Source of the DNA: an uncultured Enterobacteriaceae bacterium
GTDB lineage: Bacteria; Pseudomonadota; Gammaproteobacteria; Burkholderiales; SG8-39
Direction of reading: 5' to 3'
DNA length: 64,000 nucleotides
Assembly: GCA_964651335.1 (NCBI GenBank)
Contig: CAZYVT010000014.1
Location: 365 to 64,364 of the forward strand
Part shown: positions 17,640 through 28,818 of the stretch, piece by piece
Numbering within the stretch: position 1 is the stretch's first letter
Layout of the letters: each line of letters starts with the position of its first letter
The notes under the pieces: generated by a model
The model's database searches: none
Seen by the model: the letters and a program-made list of their open reading frames with translations, nothing else
Told to the model about the DNA's origin: nothing
Made by a program: the position numbers and the translations under genes

Positions 17640-18908
17640 CTATCGATTCCCGGACGCGTGCAATGAAACCTCGGGGCGGAGCTTGAGGTCGAGCCGTTTC
17701 TGTGCGCTGCGAAGTGAGGCGACGACATCGGCGGCGGCTCGTCCGCGCGCAAAGATGAAGCCCAGGTACCCTGTGCCGTCAGGCGGAGGGGCCACAATCT
17801 GCCCGCGCTCGACGGTAATCGGAATGCCGGTGATGCCTCTCACCGCAAGCGCTTCCTTCAGGCCGCCCAGACCGTCGTAAATGCCGCGCGCGGGGATCGG
17901 GATCATCATCACACCGCAGGCCGCGCGATGGCGCGGCGCGGGCAACGCGCGGCCGAGCGCATGGCGCAGGATCAATTCCTCCAGCGTCATGCCGAGCGCG
18001 TGCGTGAGCACCGCCCCGCATAGGCCCCCGATCGAGCGCGGCGCGATTTCAAGCAGCCAGATCCCGCGGGCGTTGATGCGAAACTCGGCATGCACCGGCC
18101 CGTTCGCAAGGCCGGCATGACCGCACGCTTGCGCGACTTCGCGTGCCGCGGCGCGCTGCACGCGGGGCGACAGATGCGACGGCGTGGCATAGATCGTTTC
18201 CTCGAAATACGGGCCGTCGAGCGGATCGGGCTTGTCGAACAGCGCGAGCACTCGCAGCCTGCCATTCACCAGCAGGCCTTCGAGCGCGTACTCGCGGCCG
18301 GGGATGAATGCCTCGATCACCAGTCCGAGTTGCGCGGCGTTGCGATCGCCCCTTTTTTGAATGCGCCGCACTTGCGCTACAGCGCGGATCAACTCGAGGC
18401 GGCTGTCGGCGCGAATCACGCCGCGGCTCGCCGCGAGGCGGCGCGCCTTGATCACGGCGGGAAGCGGCACCGCGCGCAGGGCGGCCGGGTCGGCGTCTGA
18501 GCGCAGTCGCCGGAACCACGGGCAGTTCATGCGGTGACGCTTCAGCAGCGATCGGAAAGCGAGCTTGTCGCGCAGCAGGCGCACGCTGCGCACCGGATTG
18601 CCCGGCAAATTCAGCCTGCGACTGAGCAGCGCGGCGAGCTCGACACCATGATCGTCCACCGCGAGCACCGCGTCGGGCTTGCGCGCGAGGTGACGCAATG
18701 CGAGGGCGCGCGCGCGCTGCGGCTGATCGAACGGAAGTGCCAGCAGCGGATGCAGCTCCCACTGCGGCGCGAGGCGATGGCAATAGTCGGCGGCGGCGAT
18801 GATTTCGACGCCGAGCCTCCTGGCCGCAGCGCGGAAGGCGTCGTTGCGATACGAGGCGGCGGGCAGCAGCAGCAGTACTTGTTGCGTTGGCGCGGGCAGC
18901 GAAACCAT
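17640..18908 (-). CDS. ATP-grasp domain enzyme (carboxylate-amine / L-amino-acid-ligase-like)
   Basis: LRDKLAFRSLL, PAVIKARRLAASRGV, IEAFIPGREYALEGL, HAEFRINARGIWLLEIAPRSIGG are typical ATP-grasp elements. Start set at MVSLPAPTQQ (18908), 13 nt after the upstream stop. Confidence 0.75.
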   Translation of the reverse strand: MVSLPAPTQQVLLLLPAASYRNDAFRAAARRLGVEIIAAADYCHRLAPQWELHPLLALPFDQPQRARALALRHLARKPDAVLAVDDHGVELAALLSRRLNLPGNPVRSVRLLRDKLAFRSLLKRHRMNCPWFRRLRSDADPAALRAVPLPAVIKARRLAASRGVIRADSRLELIRAVAQVRRIQKRGDRNAAQLGLVIEAFIPGREYALEGLLVNGRLRVLALFDKPDPLDGPYFEETIYATPSHLSPRVQRAAAREVAQACGHAGLANGPVHAEFRINARGIWLLEIAPRSIGGLCGAVLTHALGMTLEELILRHALGRALPAPRHRAACGVMMIPIPARGIYDGLGGLKEALAVRGITGIPITVERGQIVAPPPDGTGYLGFIFARGRAAADVVASLRSAQKRLDLKLRPEVSLHASGNR

Positions 18909-18921
18909 GTCTGGGCGGCGC

Positions 18922-20358
18922 TCAGAAAGCCGCCAGCTGCTGATGGGTCGGCTCAGCGCAGCAAAACCACGGCTCGGACAGCCGCGGAATCGCCCGGTTC
19001 GCGCCGTTGAGGGCCGGCGGCGTCGCGGTTTGGCCGAGCGCCGCGTGCGCCATGCGCCAGATCGCGGCGAAGACCTCGCGCCGCGGCAGCGCCTGCGTTT
19101 CGGCGTGCCCGACAAAATCCTGCAGCGCCTGCTGCAGCCGGTCAACGCGCGGGTCTCGGTGCCACCACGGATAGCCGAGGATTTCTGCGTCGAACGGCTG
19201 GAGCAGATTGCGAAACCCCGGCAACTCGAGCAGCTCCGACCCCTCGGGCACCAGCAACCGGATCGTGAGCTGCACCGGCGGCACGTTTTCGATCAGGTCG
19301 AGCCTGGCCAGGGTTTCGAGCAGCGCACCGTAGCCTTCGAGCGTAGTCCACGGCGTGAAGGCGACGAAAGTCGCGGCGAACGCGATGTCTGCCGCGCGCA
19401 GCAGCGCCACCGCGCGCTCGAAATCGGCGCAGGTGTGATTTTTGGCGAGAATTTCCAGGATGCGGTCATCCACGGTTTCCGCCGCGGAGGTGATGAAAAG
19501 ACAGCCGCTGCGTTTGAACTCCGGCAGCAACGCCGCATGATCGATCAGGTGCTGGATCTTGATCGTCGCGTCCCAGGTGAGCGCCGGAAATTCGGCGTGC
19601 AGCGCGCGCACGATCCTGAGCGCGTGCGTCGGGCCGTTGAGAAAATCCGGATCGCCGAACGCGATGTGCTGCGCGCCCTGCGCGACCTGCTGGCGTATGT
19701 CGGCGAGCACGATTTCGGCGGGCACGGCGCGAAAGCGCCCCTGATACACCGGCACGACCGGGCAATGGCGGCACCAGTGCTTGCAGCCACGGCTCGCTTC
19801 GGCAAATCCGACCGTCCTTTCGCTGCCGTCCGGAAGCACGAGCCGGGCGTAGCGCGCGAGCGGCGGCAGATTCGCGCGCTGCGGAACCGCGAAATCGACC
19901 TTGCCGCGGTGGATCACTGCTGCCGCGGGGACAGCGCCGGCCGCGCCATCGCGCGCGCGCCGTGCGGCGGCGACCAATGCCGGCTCGAATTCGCCGCCGA
20001 TGACGTCGGTCACGCCGCGTGCGTGCAGCAGCGCGGCGTTCATCGGTGCGTAGAGCCCGTAGGCGCAAAGTCGCGCTCCCGGTGCGAGCGTGCGGATGCG
20101 GGGCAGCGCCTCGAGCGCGATTCGCGTCGCCGTGTGCATGCCGAGATAGAGCGCAACGAGCGCCGCGTCGCGCCACTCGATGCTGTCGAGCTTCTGCAGC
20201 GACAGGTCGAGGCAGCTCACGCTGAACCCCGCGTGCTCGAGCAGCGCCGCCGGCTCCGCGAGGGCGAACGGCTGGCGACCGAGGTCATAGGGGTTGATCA
20301 GGATGACCCTGGCGGCGGCAACGCGAGAATGATCACCGTGAAGACTTGCGCCATCCAT
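18922..20358 (-). CDS. B12-binding-domain radical SAM protein with CCAEP C-terminal tail (CUAEP/CCAEP-tail family)
   Basis: SRGCKHWCRHCPV is the CxxxCxxC radical SAM cluster motif. The N-terminal segment VILINPYDLGRQPFALAEP...CLDL is B12-binding-like. The C-terminus is ...SEPWFCCAEPTHQQLAAF (tgc tgc, no in-frame TGA). Start at MDGASLHG (20358), 8 nt after the DUF971 stop. Confidence 0.8.
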   Translation of the reverse strand: MDGASLHGDHSRVAAARVILINPYDLGRQPFALAEPAALLEHAGFSVSCLDLSLQKLDSIEWRDAALVALYLGMHTATRIALEALPRIRTLAPGARLCAYGLYAPMNAALLHARGVTDVIGGEFEPALVAAARRARDGAAGAVPAAAVIHRGKVDFAVPQRANLPPLARYARLVLPDGSERTVGFAEASRGCKHWCRHCPVVPVYQGRFRAVPAEIVLADIRQQVAQGAQHIAFGDPDFLNGPTHALRIVRALHAEFPALTWDATIKIQHLIDHAALLPEFKRSGCLFITSAAETVDDRILEILAKNHTCADFERAVALLRAADIAFAATFVAFTPWTTLEGYGALLETLARLDLIENVPPVQLTIRLLVPEGSELLELPGFRNLLQPFDAEILGYPWWHRDPRVDRLQQALQDFVGHAETQALPRREVFAAIWRMAHAALGQTATPPALNGANRAIPRLSEPWFCCAEPTHQQLAAF

Positions 20359-20366
20359 GACAGGCT

Positions 20367-20774
20367 CTACTTGGTCTTCGGCCGCGCCTCGAAGCCCGGC
20401 TGCGGCTCGCGGCTGGCGCCGGCTTCCTCCAGCCGCTTCAGGTAGCGGCGCCACATCTCGTCCTGGTGCAGGCCGTACTCGTAGAGCAGGTCCCACGAAT
20501 AGATGCCGGTGTCGTGACCGTCGGAGAAGCACGGCTGGATGGCGTAAGTGCCGATCGGCTCGATGGCGGTGATGTCGACGTTTTGCTTGCCGGGCTGGAG
20601 CACTTCCTGCCCCGGCCCGTGGCCGCGCACCTCCGCGGAGGGCGAATAAACGCGCAGGAATTCGCACGGCAGCCTGAACGTCTTGCCGTCGGTAAACGAG
20701 ATCTCCAGCACGCGCGATTTCTGGTGCAGCTTGATTTCTGTCGGTGCCGGCGTGCCCTTGTCGTGTTCAGTCAT
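20367..20774 (-). CDS. DUF971 domain protein (gamma-butyrobetaine hydroxylase N-terminal-like)
   Basis: LEISFTDGKTFRLPCEFLRVYSPSAEV...IGTYAIQPCFSDGHDTGIYSWDLLYE matches the DUF971 pattern as I remember it. Confidence 0.8.
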   Translation of the reverse strand: MTEHDKGTPAPTEIKLHQKSRVLEISFTDGKTFRLPCEFLRVYSPSAEVRGHGPGQEVLQPGKQNVDITAIEPIGTYAIQPCFSDGHDTGIYSWDLLYEYGLHQDEMWRRYLKRLEEAGASREPQPGFEARPKTK

Positions 20775-20938
20775 CCCGGTTTTCCCTTGCCATCATCGCA
20801 GGAGCATCATAAGCGAGTTGCCAGTCGAGAATAACTCTGCCACGTTCAGGGTCTTACAGACTTCGCTGCGGCTGACGCGTTGGTACAATGAAGAAACGGG
20901 CTGTCGCGTCGGCGACGGTCGTCCTGTGGAGTTTGTTC

Positions 20939-21220
20939 ATGGCGCGCATGGTCAACTGCATCAAGCTCGGGCGGGAGGCGGACGGGCTCGATTTCCCGCC
21001 CTATCCGGGCGAGCTCGGCAAGCGCATCTTCGAGAGCGTGTCGAGAGAAGCATGGAAGCAGTGGCTCGAGCACCAGAAGATGCTGGTGAACGAGGGCCAG
21101 ATGAACCTCGCCGACAAGAAGGCGCGTGATTACCTCGCGCAGCAGATGGAAAAATATTTCTTCAGCGGCGGCGTGGATGTGGCCGCCGGCTATATCCCGC
21201 CGGGACAGAAACAGAAGTAG
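20939..21220 (+). CDS. yggX: Oxidative damage protection / Fe(2+)-trafficking protein YggX
   Basis: [52 protein letters not shown] is collinear with E. coli YggX ([39 protein letters not shown]...). Internal ATG 20939 of ORF 20888..21220 used. Confidence 0.9.
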   Translation: MARMVNCIKLGREADGLDFPPYPGELGKRIFESVSREAWKQWLEHQKMLVNEGQMNLADKKARDYLAQQMEKYFFSGGVDVAAGYIPPGQKQK

Positions 21221-21315
21221 AGCGCAGACTCGCGGGGGAGAGCATTCCGCCGCGGACTGCGTCGACCGCCTCATAGACACCAGCCTTGGCGGTCCGTTCT
21301 CACAGGATTCCCACC

Positions 21316-23163
21316 GTGCGTCTTCGTCTTGCCCTGTTGCTCGCGACCGCGGCCTGGATCCTGCCGGCGCCGGCCGAATCGCCGGCCGACCGCTGGAACC
21401 TGGCCGATCTCTATTCTTCCGTAGCGGCATGGAACGCCGATGCCGCCCGGCTGGATGCGCAAATGGCGGAATTCGGGGGCTGCAAAGGTCGTCTTGGCGA
21501 GGCTGCCGCGCGCTTCAAGCAATGCCTCGATTTGCAGGCGGAGATGACGAAGCGTTTCTTGCGCATGGCAGTGTATGCAGGGGAGCGACTGGCGGAGGAC
21601 ACCGGCTCCGCCGCGCAGCTCGAGCTGGATCAGAGAGCCGATGTCCTCGGCAACCGGCTCAGGGAAGCCGCCGCATTCGTCAATCCGGAGATCCTGCGCG
21701 TGGGCAGGGAGCGCGTCGCCCTCTTTCTGGGGCAGGACCCGTCGCTTGCGATCTACCGATACCCGCTCGAGCAAATTCTGCGGTCCGCGCCGCATACGCT
21801 GAACGACGAGGGTGAGGCGCTGGTTGCCGCGTTCGGCCTGATGAACGATGCCGGCGGATCGACCTATTCCATCCTGACCAATGCCGACATCCCGTGGCCC
21901 ACGCTCAAGCTGTCGACCGGCGAGGAGGTGAGGCTCGATGCCTCGGCGTACACGAAGTACCGGGAGGCCGCGAACCGCGACGACCGCAAGCGCGTGATGG
22001 ACGCCTTTTTCGGCACCTTCAAGACCTATGAGCGGACCATCGGCGTCACGTTCTACTCGCAATTGAAACAGGACGCCGTCTACAGCAGGGTGCGAAAGTA
22101 TCCGGACTCGATCACGCGTGCGCTCGACAGGAACCGGTTGCCCGTCGCCGTCTTCGACACGCTGATCGCGCAGACCAACGCCAACCTGCCCACCCTGCAT
22201 CGCTACTTCCGGCTGCGCGCGAGACTGCTGGGTGTCGACCAGATGCGCTACTACGACATTTACCCGCCGCTGGTCCATGGCAACTTCGGATTTCCACTCC
22301 CGCTCGGCAGGCAGCTGGTGCTCGAGGCGGCTGCGCCATTGGGTCAGGACTATGTCGCCGCGCTGCGGGCCGGCCTCGACAATCGCTGGATGGATTCCTA
22401 TCCGCGCCCGCGCAAGCAGTCGGGGGCGCACGTGGCCGGAGCCGCCTACGACGTGCATCCTTACGTCCTGATGAACTACAACGACGACTACGAATCGGTG
22501 ACCACGCTGGCGCACGAGTGGGGCCACGCCATGCACTCGTACCTCGCCAATCGCGCCCAGCCGTTCGTGACCGCCGGCTACGCGACGTTCATTGCCGAGA
22601 TCGCCTCGACGTTCAACGAAGCGCTGCTGCTCGACCGCATGCTGAAGACCGCGCAGGGCGACAGCGATCGCCTGTTCTACCTCGGAAACGCGCTTGAACA
22701 GTTGCGAGGAACCTTCTTCAGGCAGGCGATGTTCGCCGAGTTCGAGCGTAGCGTGCATGCGCAGGTGGATCGCGGCGAGGTGCTGTCCGGCGAGGCGCTG
22801 AGCAAGACCTATTGCGACATTCTGAAGCGTTACCACGGCGTGGCCGCGGGCGTGGTGGCGATCGACGACCGGTATTGCGTCGAATGGGCCTACATTCCCC
22901 ATTTCTACGACGGGTTTTACGTCTACCAGTACGCCACTTCGATCGCTGCAAGCGCGCTGCTTGCTCAGAGAGTCAATAACGGCGAACCGGGAGCGCTCCA
23001 GCGCTATCTCGACCTGCTGCGCGCCGGGGGTTCGGACGATCCGTACGATCTTGTCAGGAAAGCCGGCGTGGACCTTGCGACACCGGCGCCGTATCAGGCG
23101 CTGGTGGCGCGAATGAATGCGATCATGGACGAGATCGAGGCGATTCTGGCGCAGCGGAAGTGA
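21316..23163 (+). CDS. Secreted M3-family oligoendopeptidase (PepF-like)
   Basis: HEWGHAMH is the HExxH zinc motif in an M3 context (TLAHEWGHAMHSYL). A GTG at 21316 follows AGGA and gives the signal peptide MRLRLALLLATAAWILPAPA. The antisense 1098-aa ORF 21271..24567 is rejected. Confidence 0.85.
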   Translation: MRLRLALLLATAAWILPAPAESPADRWNLADLYSSVAAWNADAARLDAQMAEFGGCKGRLGEAAARFKQCLDLQAEMTKRFLRMAVYAGERLAEDTGSAAQLELDQRADVLGNRLREAAAFVNPEILRVGRERVALFLGQDPSLAIYRYPLEQILRSAPHTLNDEGEALVAAFGLMNDAGGSTYSILTNADIPWPTLKLSTGEEVRLDASAYTKYREAANRDDRKRVMDAFFGTFKTYERTIGVTFYSQLKQDAVYSRVRKYPDSITRALDRNRLPVAVFDTLIAQTNANLPTLHRYFRLRARLLGVDQMRYYDIYPPLVHGNFGFPLPLGRQLVLEAAAPLGQDYVAALRAGLDNRWMDSYPRPRKQSGAHVAGAAYDVHPYVLMNYNDDYESVTTLAHEWGHAMHSYLANRAQPFVTAGYATFIAEIASTFNEALLLDRMLKTAQGDSDRLFYLGNALEQLRGTFFRQAMFAEFERSVHAQVDRGEVLSGEALSKTYCDILKRYHGVAAGVVAIDDRYCVEWAYIPHFYDGFYVYQYATSIAASALLAQRVNNGEPGALQRYLDLLRAGGSDDPYDLVRKAGVDLATPAPYQALVARMNAIMDEIEAILAQRK

Positions 23164-23286
23164 AGCAAGCGAGGCGCCCGTTGACAGCCCCTGCCAGCGG
23201 GCCTCAAGCTCACTTTCCGCTGTTGCTCCCGAGCAGGGTCCCAGTCCGAAGATGATGTACTGCCTACAGAGCGTGATTCCCGCCCC

Positions 23287-24564
23287 GTGACCAGGCGCCT
23301 GGGCAAATTCGAGCTCATAAAAGTGCTTGGCAAGGGCGCCTCCGGCACGGTCTATCTCGCGCTCGACACGTTCACCGGACAGGAAGTCGCGCTCAAGGTG
23401 CTCGACCCGGAAGTAGTCGCCGCGCCGCAATTCGACAGGACCCACACCCAGCAGTTCATGAACGAGGCCTCGCTCGCCGGGCGGATCTCGCACCCGCACA
23501 TCGCGTCGATACTGGAAGCTGCGGTGGACGAGCAGACGGGCGGCTACATCGCGATCGAGTACGTGTCGGGCGGCGATCTTTCCCAGTTCGCCACGCCCGA
23601 GCGCCTGCTCGGCGTGGAGGACGCGATCGAGGTCGCGTTCAAGTGCTGCGGGGCGCTCGACTACGCCTTCCGCCAGGGGATCGTGCATCGCGACATCAAG
23701 CCGGCGAACATCATGGTCTCGAGCGGCACCAACATCAAGGTGGCCGATTTCGGCGCCGCATGCCTGCACAAGGCACAGGACGCGGAAGGTGCCATCATCG
23801 GCTCCCCGTTCTACATGTCGCCCGAGCAGATCACGCGCCAGCCCCTGGGGTATCACAGCGACATGTTTGCGCTGGGGGTGGTGCTCTACGAGCTCTTCAC
23901 CGGCAGTCGGCCCTTCTCCGGGCAGAGCGTGCTCGAGCTTTTCGATGCGATCCAGAACAGGACCCCGGTTGCGCCGAGCGCGCTGCGGCCCGGGATCAGC
24001 ATGGACGTGGACCGCATCCTGTTTCAAATGCTCGGAAAGTCGCCCGGCGAGCGCTACCCGACGTGGGCCGACCTGGCGCTCGACCTGGCCGATGTCGGGC
24101 GGCTGAGCGTGTACCAGAAGGCGATTCCCGATCGAGAGAAATACGTCGCCCTGCGGAAAAACGCGATTCTCGAGCGCCTGGACGATGCGGAAATCTGGGA
24201 GATGGTTCTCGCGGGCCGCTGGATCCGCGTGCCTGCGCAGACGGTGATCGTGCGCGAGGATGAGCCGGGGGCCAGCCTTTTCTTTCTGGGCAGCGGCAAC
24301 GTCAAGGTGACCAAGCAGGGTCGGTTGCTGAACGTCTTGCAGACGGGGGAGTACTTCGGCGAGATGGCCTATATCAAGGCAGGAGCGATCCCCCGCCAGG
24401 CGACGGCCGAGTCGATCACGGATGTGCTGCTTGCGGAGTTCGAGGCTGCCGCTCTTCAGAAGGTCAGCACGAACTGCCAGTTGCAGCTGACATCCGCCCT
24501 GCTGCATTCCCTGGTCGAGCGTCTCGCGCTCACCAACGAGCGCTTTACCCGGGCGGTGACCTGA
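23287..24564 (+). CDS. Ser/Thr protein kinase fused to a C-terminal cyclic-nucleotide-binding domain
   Basis: Hanks kinase motifs are present: GKGASGTVY, VALKVL, HRDIKPANIM, DFG, SPEQ. The C-terminal CNB domain shows FFLGSGNVKV...GEYFGEMAYI...PRQATAES (phosphate-binding-cassette-like). Confidence 0.85.
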   Translation: MTRRLGKFELIKVLGKGASGTVYLALDTFTGQEVALKVLDPEVVAAPQFDRTHTQQFMNEASLAGRISHPHIASILEAAVDEQTGGYIAIEYVSGGDLSQFATPERLLGVEDAIEVAFKCCGALDYAFRQGIVHRDIKPANIMVSSGTNIKVADFGAACLHKAQDAEGAIIGSPFYMSPEQITRQPLGYHSDMFALGVVLYELFTGSRPFSGQSVLELFDAIQNRTPVAPSALRPGISMDVDRILFQMLGKSPGERYPTWADLALDLADVGRLSVYQKAIPDREKYVALRKNAILERLDDAEIWEMVLAGRWIRVPAQTVIVREDEPGASLFFLGSGNVKVTKQGRLLNVLQTGEYFGEMAYIKAGAIPRQATAESITDVLLAEFEAAALQKVSTNCQLQLTSALLHSLVERLALTNERFTRAVT

Positions 24565-24576
24565 CATGCTGATCGT

Positions 24577-24846
24577 TCAGGCCTGACCTCTTTCCTGATC
24601 TACGCAATTCGCGGGAGAAGGCCGCATTCTTGATCGGCGCCAGATCCAAAGCAGCGGCAGGACGAGGAATGACCCCGGCAGCATCAGCGCGATGCAAACG
24701 GCATAAGTACGTACCTTCGGGGTCCACCAGGCACCCAGCGGACGTGTGCCGGGCGTGAATGAAATGGCTCGTGGGCCGTACATATCCAGCTCCTGTGGTG
24801 GATCGCATCCCGGGTCGGGCAGGCCCATGATCCACTTCAGACACAC
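24577..24846 (-). CDS. Possible small membrane protein downstream of typA (very uncertain)
   Basis: ORF with one clear hydrophobic helix (YAVCIALMLPGSFLVLPLLWIW). No Shine-Dalgarno and no family signal. It may simply be non-coding convergent spacer. Confidence 0.2.
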   Translation of the reverse strand: MCLKWIMGLPDPGCDPPQELDMYGPRAISFTPGTRPLGAWWTPKVRTYAVCIALMLPGSFLVLPLLWIWRRSRMRPSPANCVDQERGQA

Positions 24847-24921
24847 ACAGACCGCGCAAGGATAGGTTACGGATGACTTACGGAGACCCTATTCCCGGGG
24901 TCCGAACGAACCCCGTCAAGA

Positions 24922-26796
<1,875 letters not shown>

Positions 26797-26930
26797 GAAC
26801 GGCGTCGGAATGCAGAAAAGCGCGCAAGTATTGTACAGAGTGGTCGCGATGACCGGTTTTTCTTGCGCCGGGCGGCTCGTTCCGGCGCACCTGGCCCCTT
26901 CCAGGCGGGTCGCTCGCATAGAATCGGCGC

Positions 26931-27572
26931 ATGCAGGGCTTTGCCTCGGCGAATGAATATCTGCGGTTCACGGTCACGCTGACCGCAGTCGTCGACCCGT
27001 TCCTTGCGGTGCCGTTCTTCCTCGCCTTTGCGCGCACCCGCGGAGACGCCGAGCGCCAGGCGCTCGCCCGCGTCGTGGCGCTAAGCGTTTTCGCGGTCCT
27101 CGCGGTCGCGACGTTGATCGGCGAAGCATTGCTTGAGCTGATCGGGGCGAGCCTTCCCGCGTTCCGCGTCGGCGGCGGCCTGGTGCTGCTGCTGATGGCG
27201 CTCGCGATGCTCAACGCCCAGGCAGGGGGCGTGCGCCAGTCCCAGGCGGAGGCGCGCGAGCTACAGAGCGGCGAGGTGTCCGGGGTGGTGCCGCTCGCGA
27301 TCCCGTTGCTCGCGGGCCCCGGCGCCATCAGCACCTCGATCATCGCCGCGGAAAAGGGCGGATTTGCGCATCAGCTGGCGATTGTGGCGTGCATTGCCGT
27401 CGTGTGCCTGGTGGCCTGGGCGACGCTGCGCCGCGCCCACGCAATCGAGGCGCGGCTCGGCACGACAGGCCTCAACATAGCAACCCGGATTCTGGGCCTG
27501 CTGCTCGCCGCGATGGCGGTGCAGACGATGGCGGAAGGCCTGAAGACGCTCTTTCCCGGTCTGGCGGGTTGA
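26931..27572 (+). CDS. MarC-family (UPF0056/NAAT) integral membrane protein
   Basis: 213 aa with six hydrophobic segments. N-terminal [18 protein letters not shown] and central [17 protein letters not shown] are typical of MarC-family proteins. Confidence 0.85.
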   Translation: MQGFASANEYLRFTVTLTAVVDPFLAVPFFLAFARTRGDAERQALARVVALSVFAVLAVATLIGEALLELIGASLPAFRVGGGLVLLLMALAMLNAQAGGVRQSQAEARELQSGEVSGVVPLAIPLLAGPGAISTSIIAAEKGGFAHQLAIVACIAVVCLVAWATLRRAHAIEARLGTTGLNIATRILGLLLAAMAVQTMAEGLKTLFPGLAG

Positions 27573-27584
27573 GCGGGTGCGGCC

Positions 27585-28772
27585 ATGACCGAGCCGTCAG
27601 GACGCGACCAGTTGCGTGCCAGGGTTTACGACTTGCTCACGAGCGAGGACGCGGGCTTCGGCCAGCAGGCCGTGCGCACGGTCCTCGTCCTTGCGGTGCT
27701 GGTGAGCGTCACGGCGGCCATGATGAAGAGCGTGCCGGAGGTCGGGAGGCTGCACGCTGCGGCGCTCGAGGCCATCCTCCTTGCCATGACCGCAGGATTT
27801 GCACTCGAATTTCTGCTGCGGGTCTGGGTCGCGCCGGGGGAATCGGGCTCGGCCGGATCCGCGACTGCCCGGCTGCGTTACCTCTTCTCCCTGCCGGGGC
27901 TGGTGGATCTGGTGTCCGCGATCCCCTTCGTGCTCGCGCCGCGCTTCGGGTTGAATATCGACTGGCTCGATATCGTGCCCATTTTCAAGCTGCTGCGTTA
28001 CTCGACGGCATTTCGGTTCCTCGTCGAGGCGATTTACAGCGAGCGGCACGTGCTCGTCAGCGCCGCGATCCTGACGCTGGCACTGCTGGTGTTTCAATCG
28101 AGCATTCTCTATTACCTCGAGCGCGACGTGCAGCCGGACAAATACGGCAGCATTCCGGAGGCCATGTGGTGGGGCATCATCACTCTCACCACGGTCGGTT
28201 ACGGCGACGTGACGCCGGTCACCGCATGGGGGCGCATCGCCGGAGGGCTGACCGCGGTGCTGGGCGTGTGCATGTTCGCGATCCCCGTCGGCATCATCGC
28301 TTCTGCCTTCGTCGAGGCGGTGCGGCGGCGCGAGTTCCTGGTCACGTGGAACCTGGTGGCGAACGTGCCGCTGTTCAGCGGCCTGGACGCCGCGCGCATC
28401 GCCGCCATCGCGGGCCTGCTGCGCGCGCGCCGGGTGGAGCGCGGCGAGCGGCTGGTCAAAAAGGGGGACGAGGCCGACTCGATGTATTTCATCGTTTCCG
28501 GAGAAGTCGAAGTCGACCTCGAAACCGGCGTCAAACCCCATCGCCTGGGGGCGGGCGAGTTTTTCGGCGAGGTTGCCCTGATCGCGAGCCGCACGCGCAC
28601 TGCATCCATCACGGCAGCGACCGCCTGCAGGCTGCTGGTCCTCCACAAGCGCGACTTCCATGGATTCATGGATGCGCATCCGGAGCTCGCGGACCTGGTG
28701 CGATCGACCGCGCTCAGGCGCCTCGGGGAGACCGGATTACCGCCTCCCGCGAGCCGGGCGGATGGGGCGTAG
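27585..28772 (+). CDS. Cyclic-nucleotide-regulated voltage-gated-type K+ channel (MloK1-like)
   Basis: K+ selectivity filter TTVGYGDV. An S4-like segment carries basic residues (FKLLRYSTAFRF). The C-terminal CNB domain shows MYFIVSGEVEV...GEFFGEVALI...RTASITA. Confidence 0.85.
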   Translation: MTEPSGRDQLRARVYDLLTSEDAGFGQQAVRTVLVLAVLVSVTAAMMKSVPEVGRLHAAALEAILLAMTAGFALEFLLRVWVAPGESGSAGSATARLRYLFSLPGLVDLVSAIPFVLAPRFGLNIDWLDIVPIFKLLRYSTAFRFLVEAIYSERHVLVSAAILTLALLVFQSSILYYLERDVQPDKYGSIPEAMWWGIITLTTVGYGDVTPVTAWGRIAGGLTAVLGVCMFAIPVGIIASAFVEAVRRREFLVTWNLVANVPLFSGLDAARIAAIAGLLRARRVERGERLVKKGDEADSMYFIVSGEVEVDLETGVKPHRLGAGEFFGEVALIASRTRTASITAATACRLLVLHKRDFHGFMDAHPELADLVRSTALRRLGETGLPPPASRADGA

Positions 28773-28818
28773 CCTGCATCCTTGCGTCAGTTCCGCACCG
28801 ATGTTCGCGTCCGATGCG

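Noticed and set aside
18922-18980. Selenocysteine (CUAEP) version of the radical SAM tail
   Set aside because: The codons are TGC TGC (Cys-Cys). There is no in-frame TGA and no SECIS-like hairpin is needed.
20775-20938. Promoter TGgTACAAT upstream of yggX
   Set aside because: A good extended -10-like string exists (about 20881-20889), but no acceptable -35 lies at 17 +/- 1 nt. The string also overlaps the longest yggX ORF, so it was left uncalled.
21271-24567. 1098-aa minus-strand ORF spanning the peptidase and kinase genes
   Set aside because: It crosses two well-supported plus-strand genes and their intergenic region. The sequence is low-complexity and Arg-rich with no domain signature.
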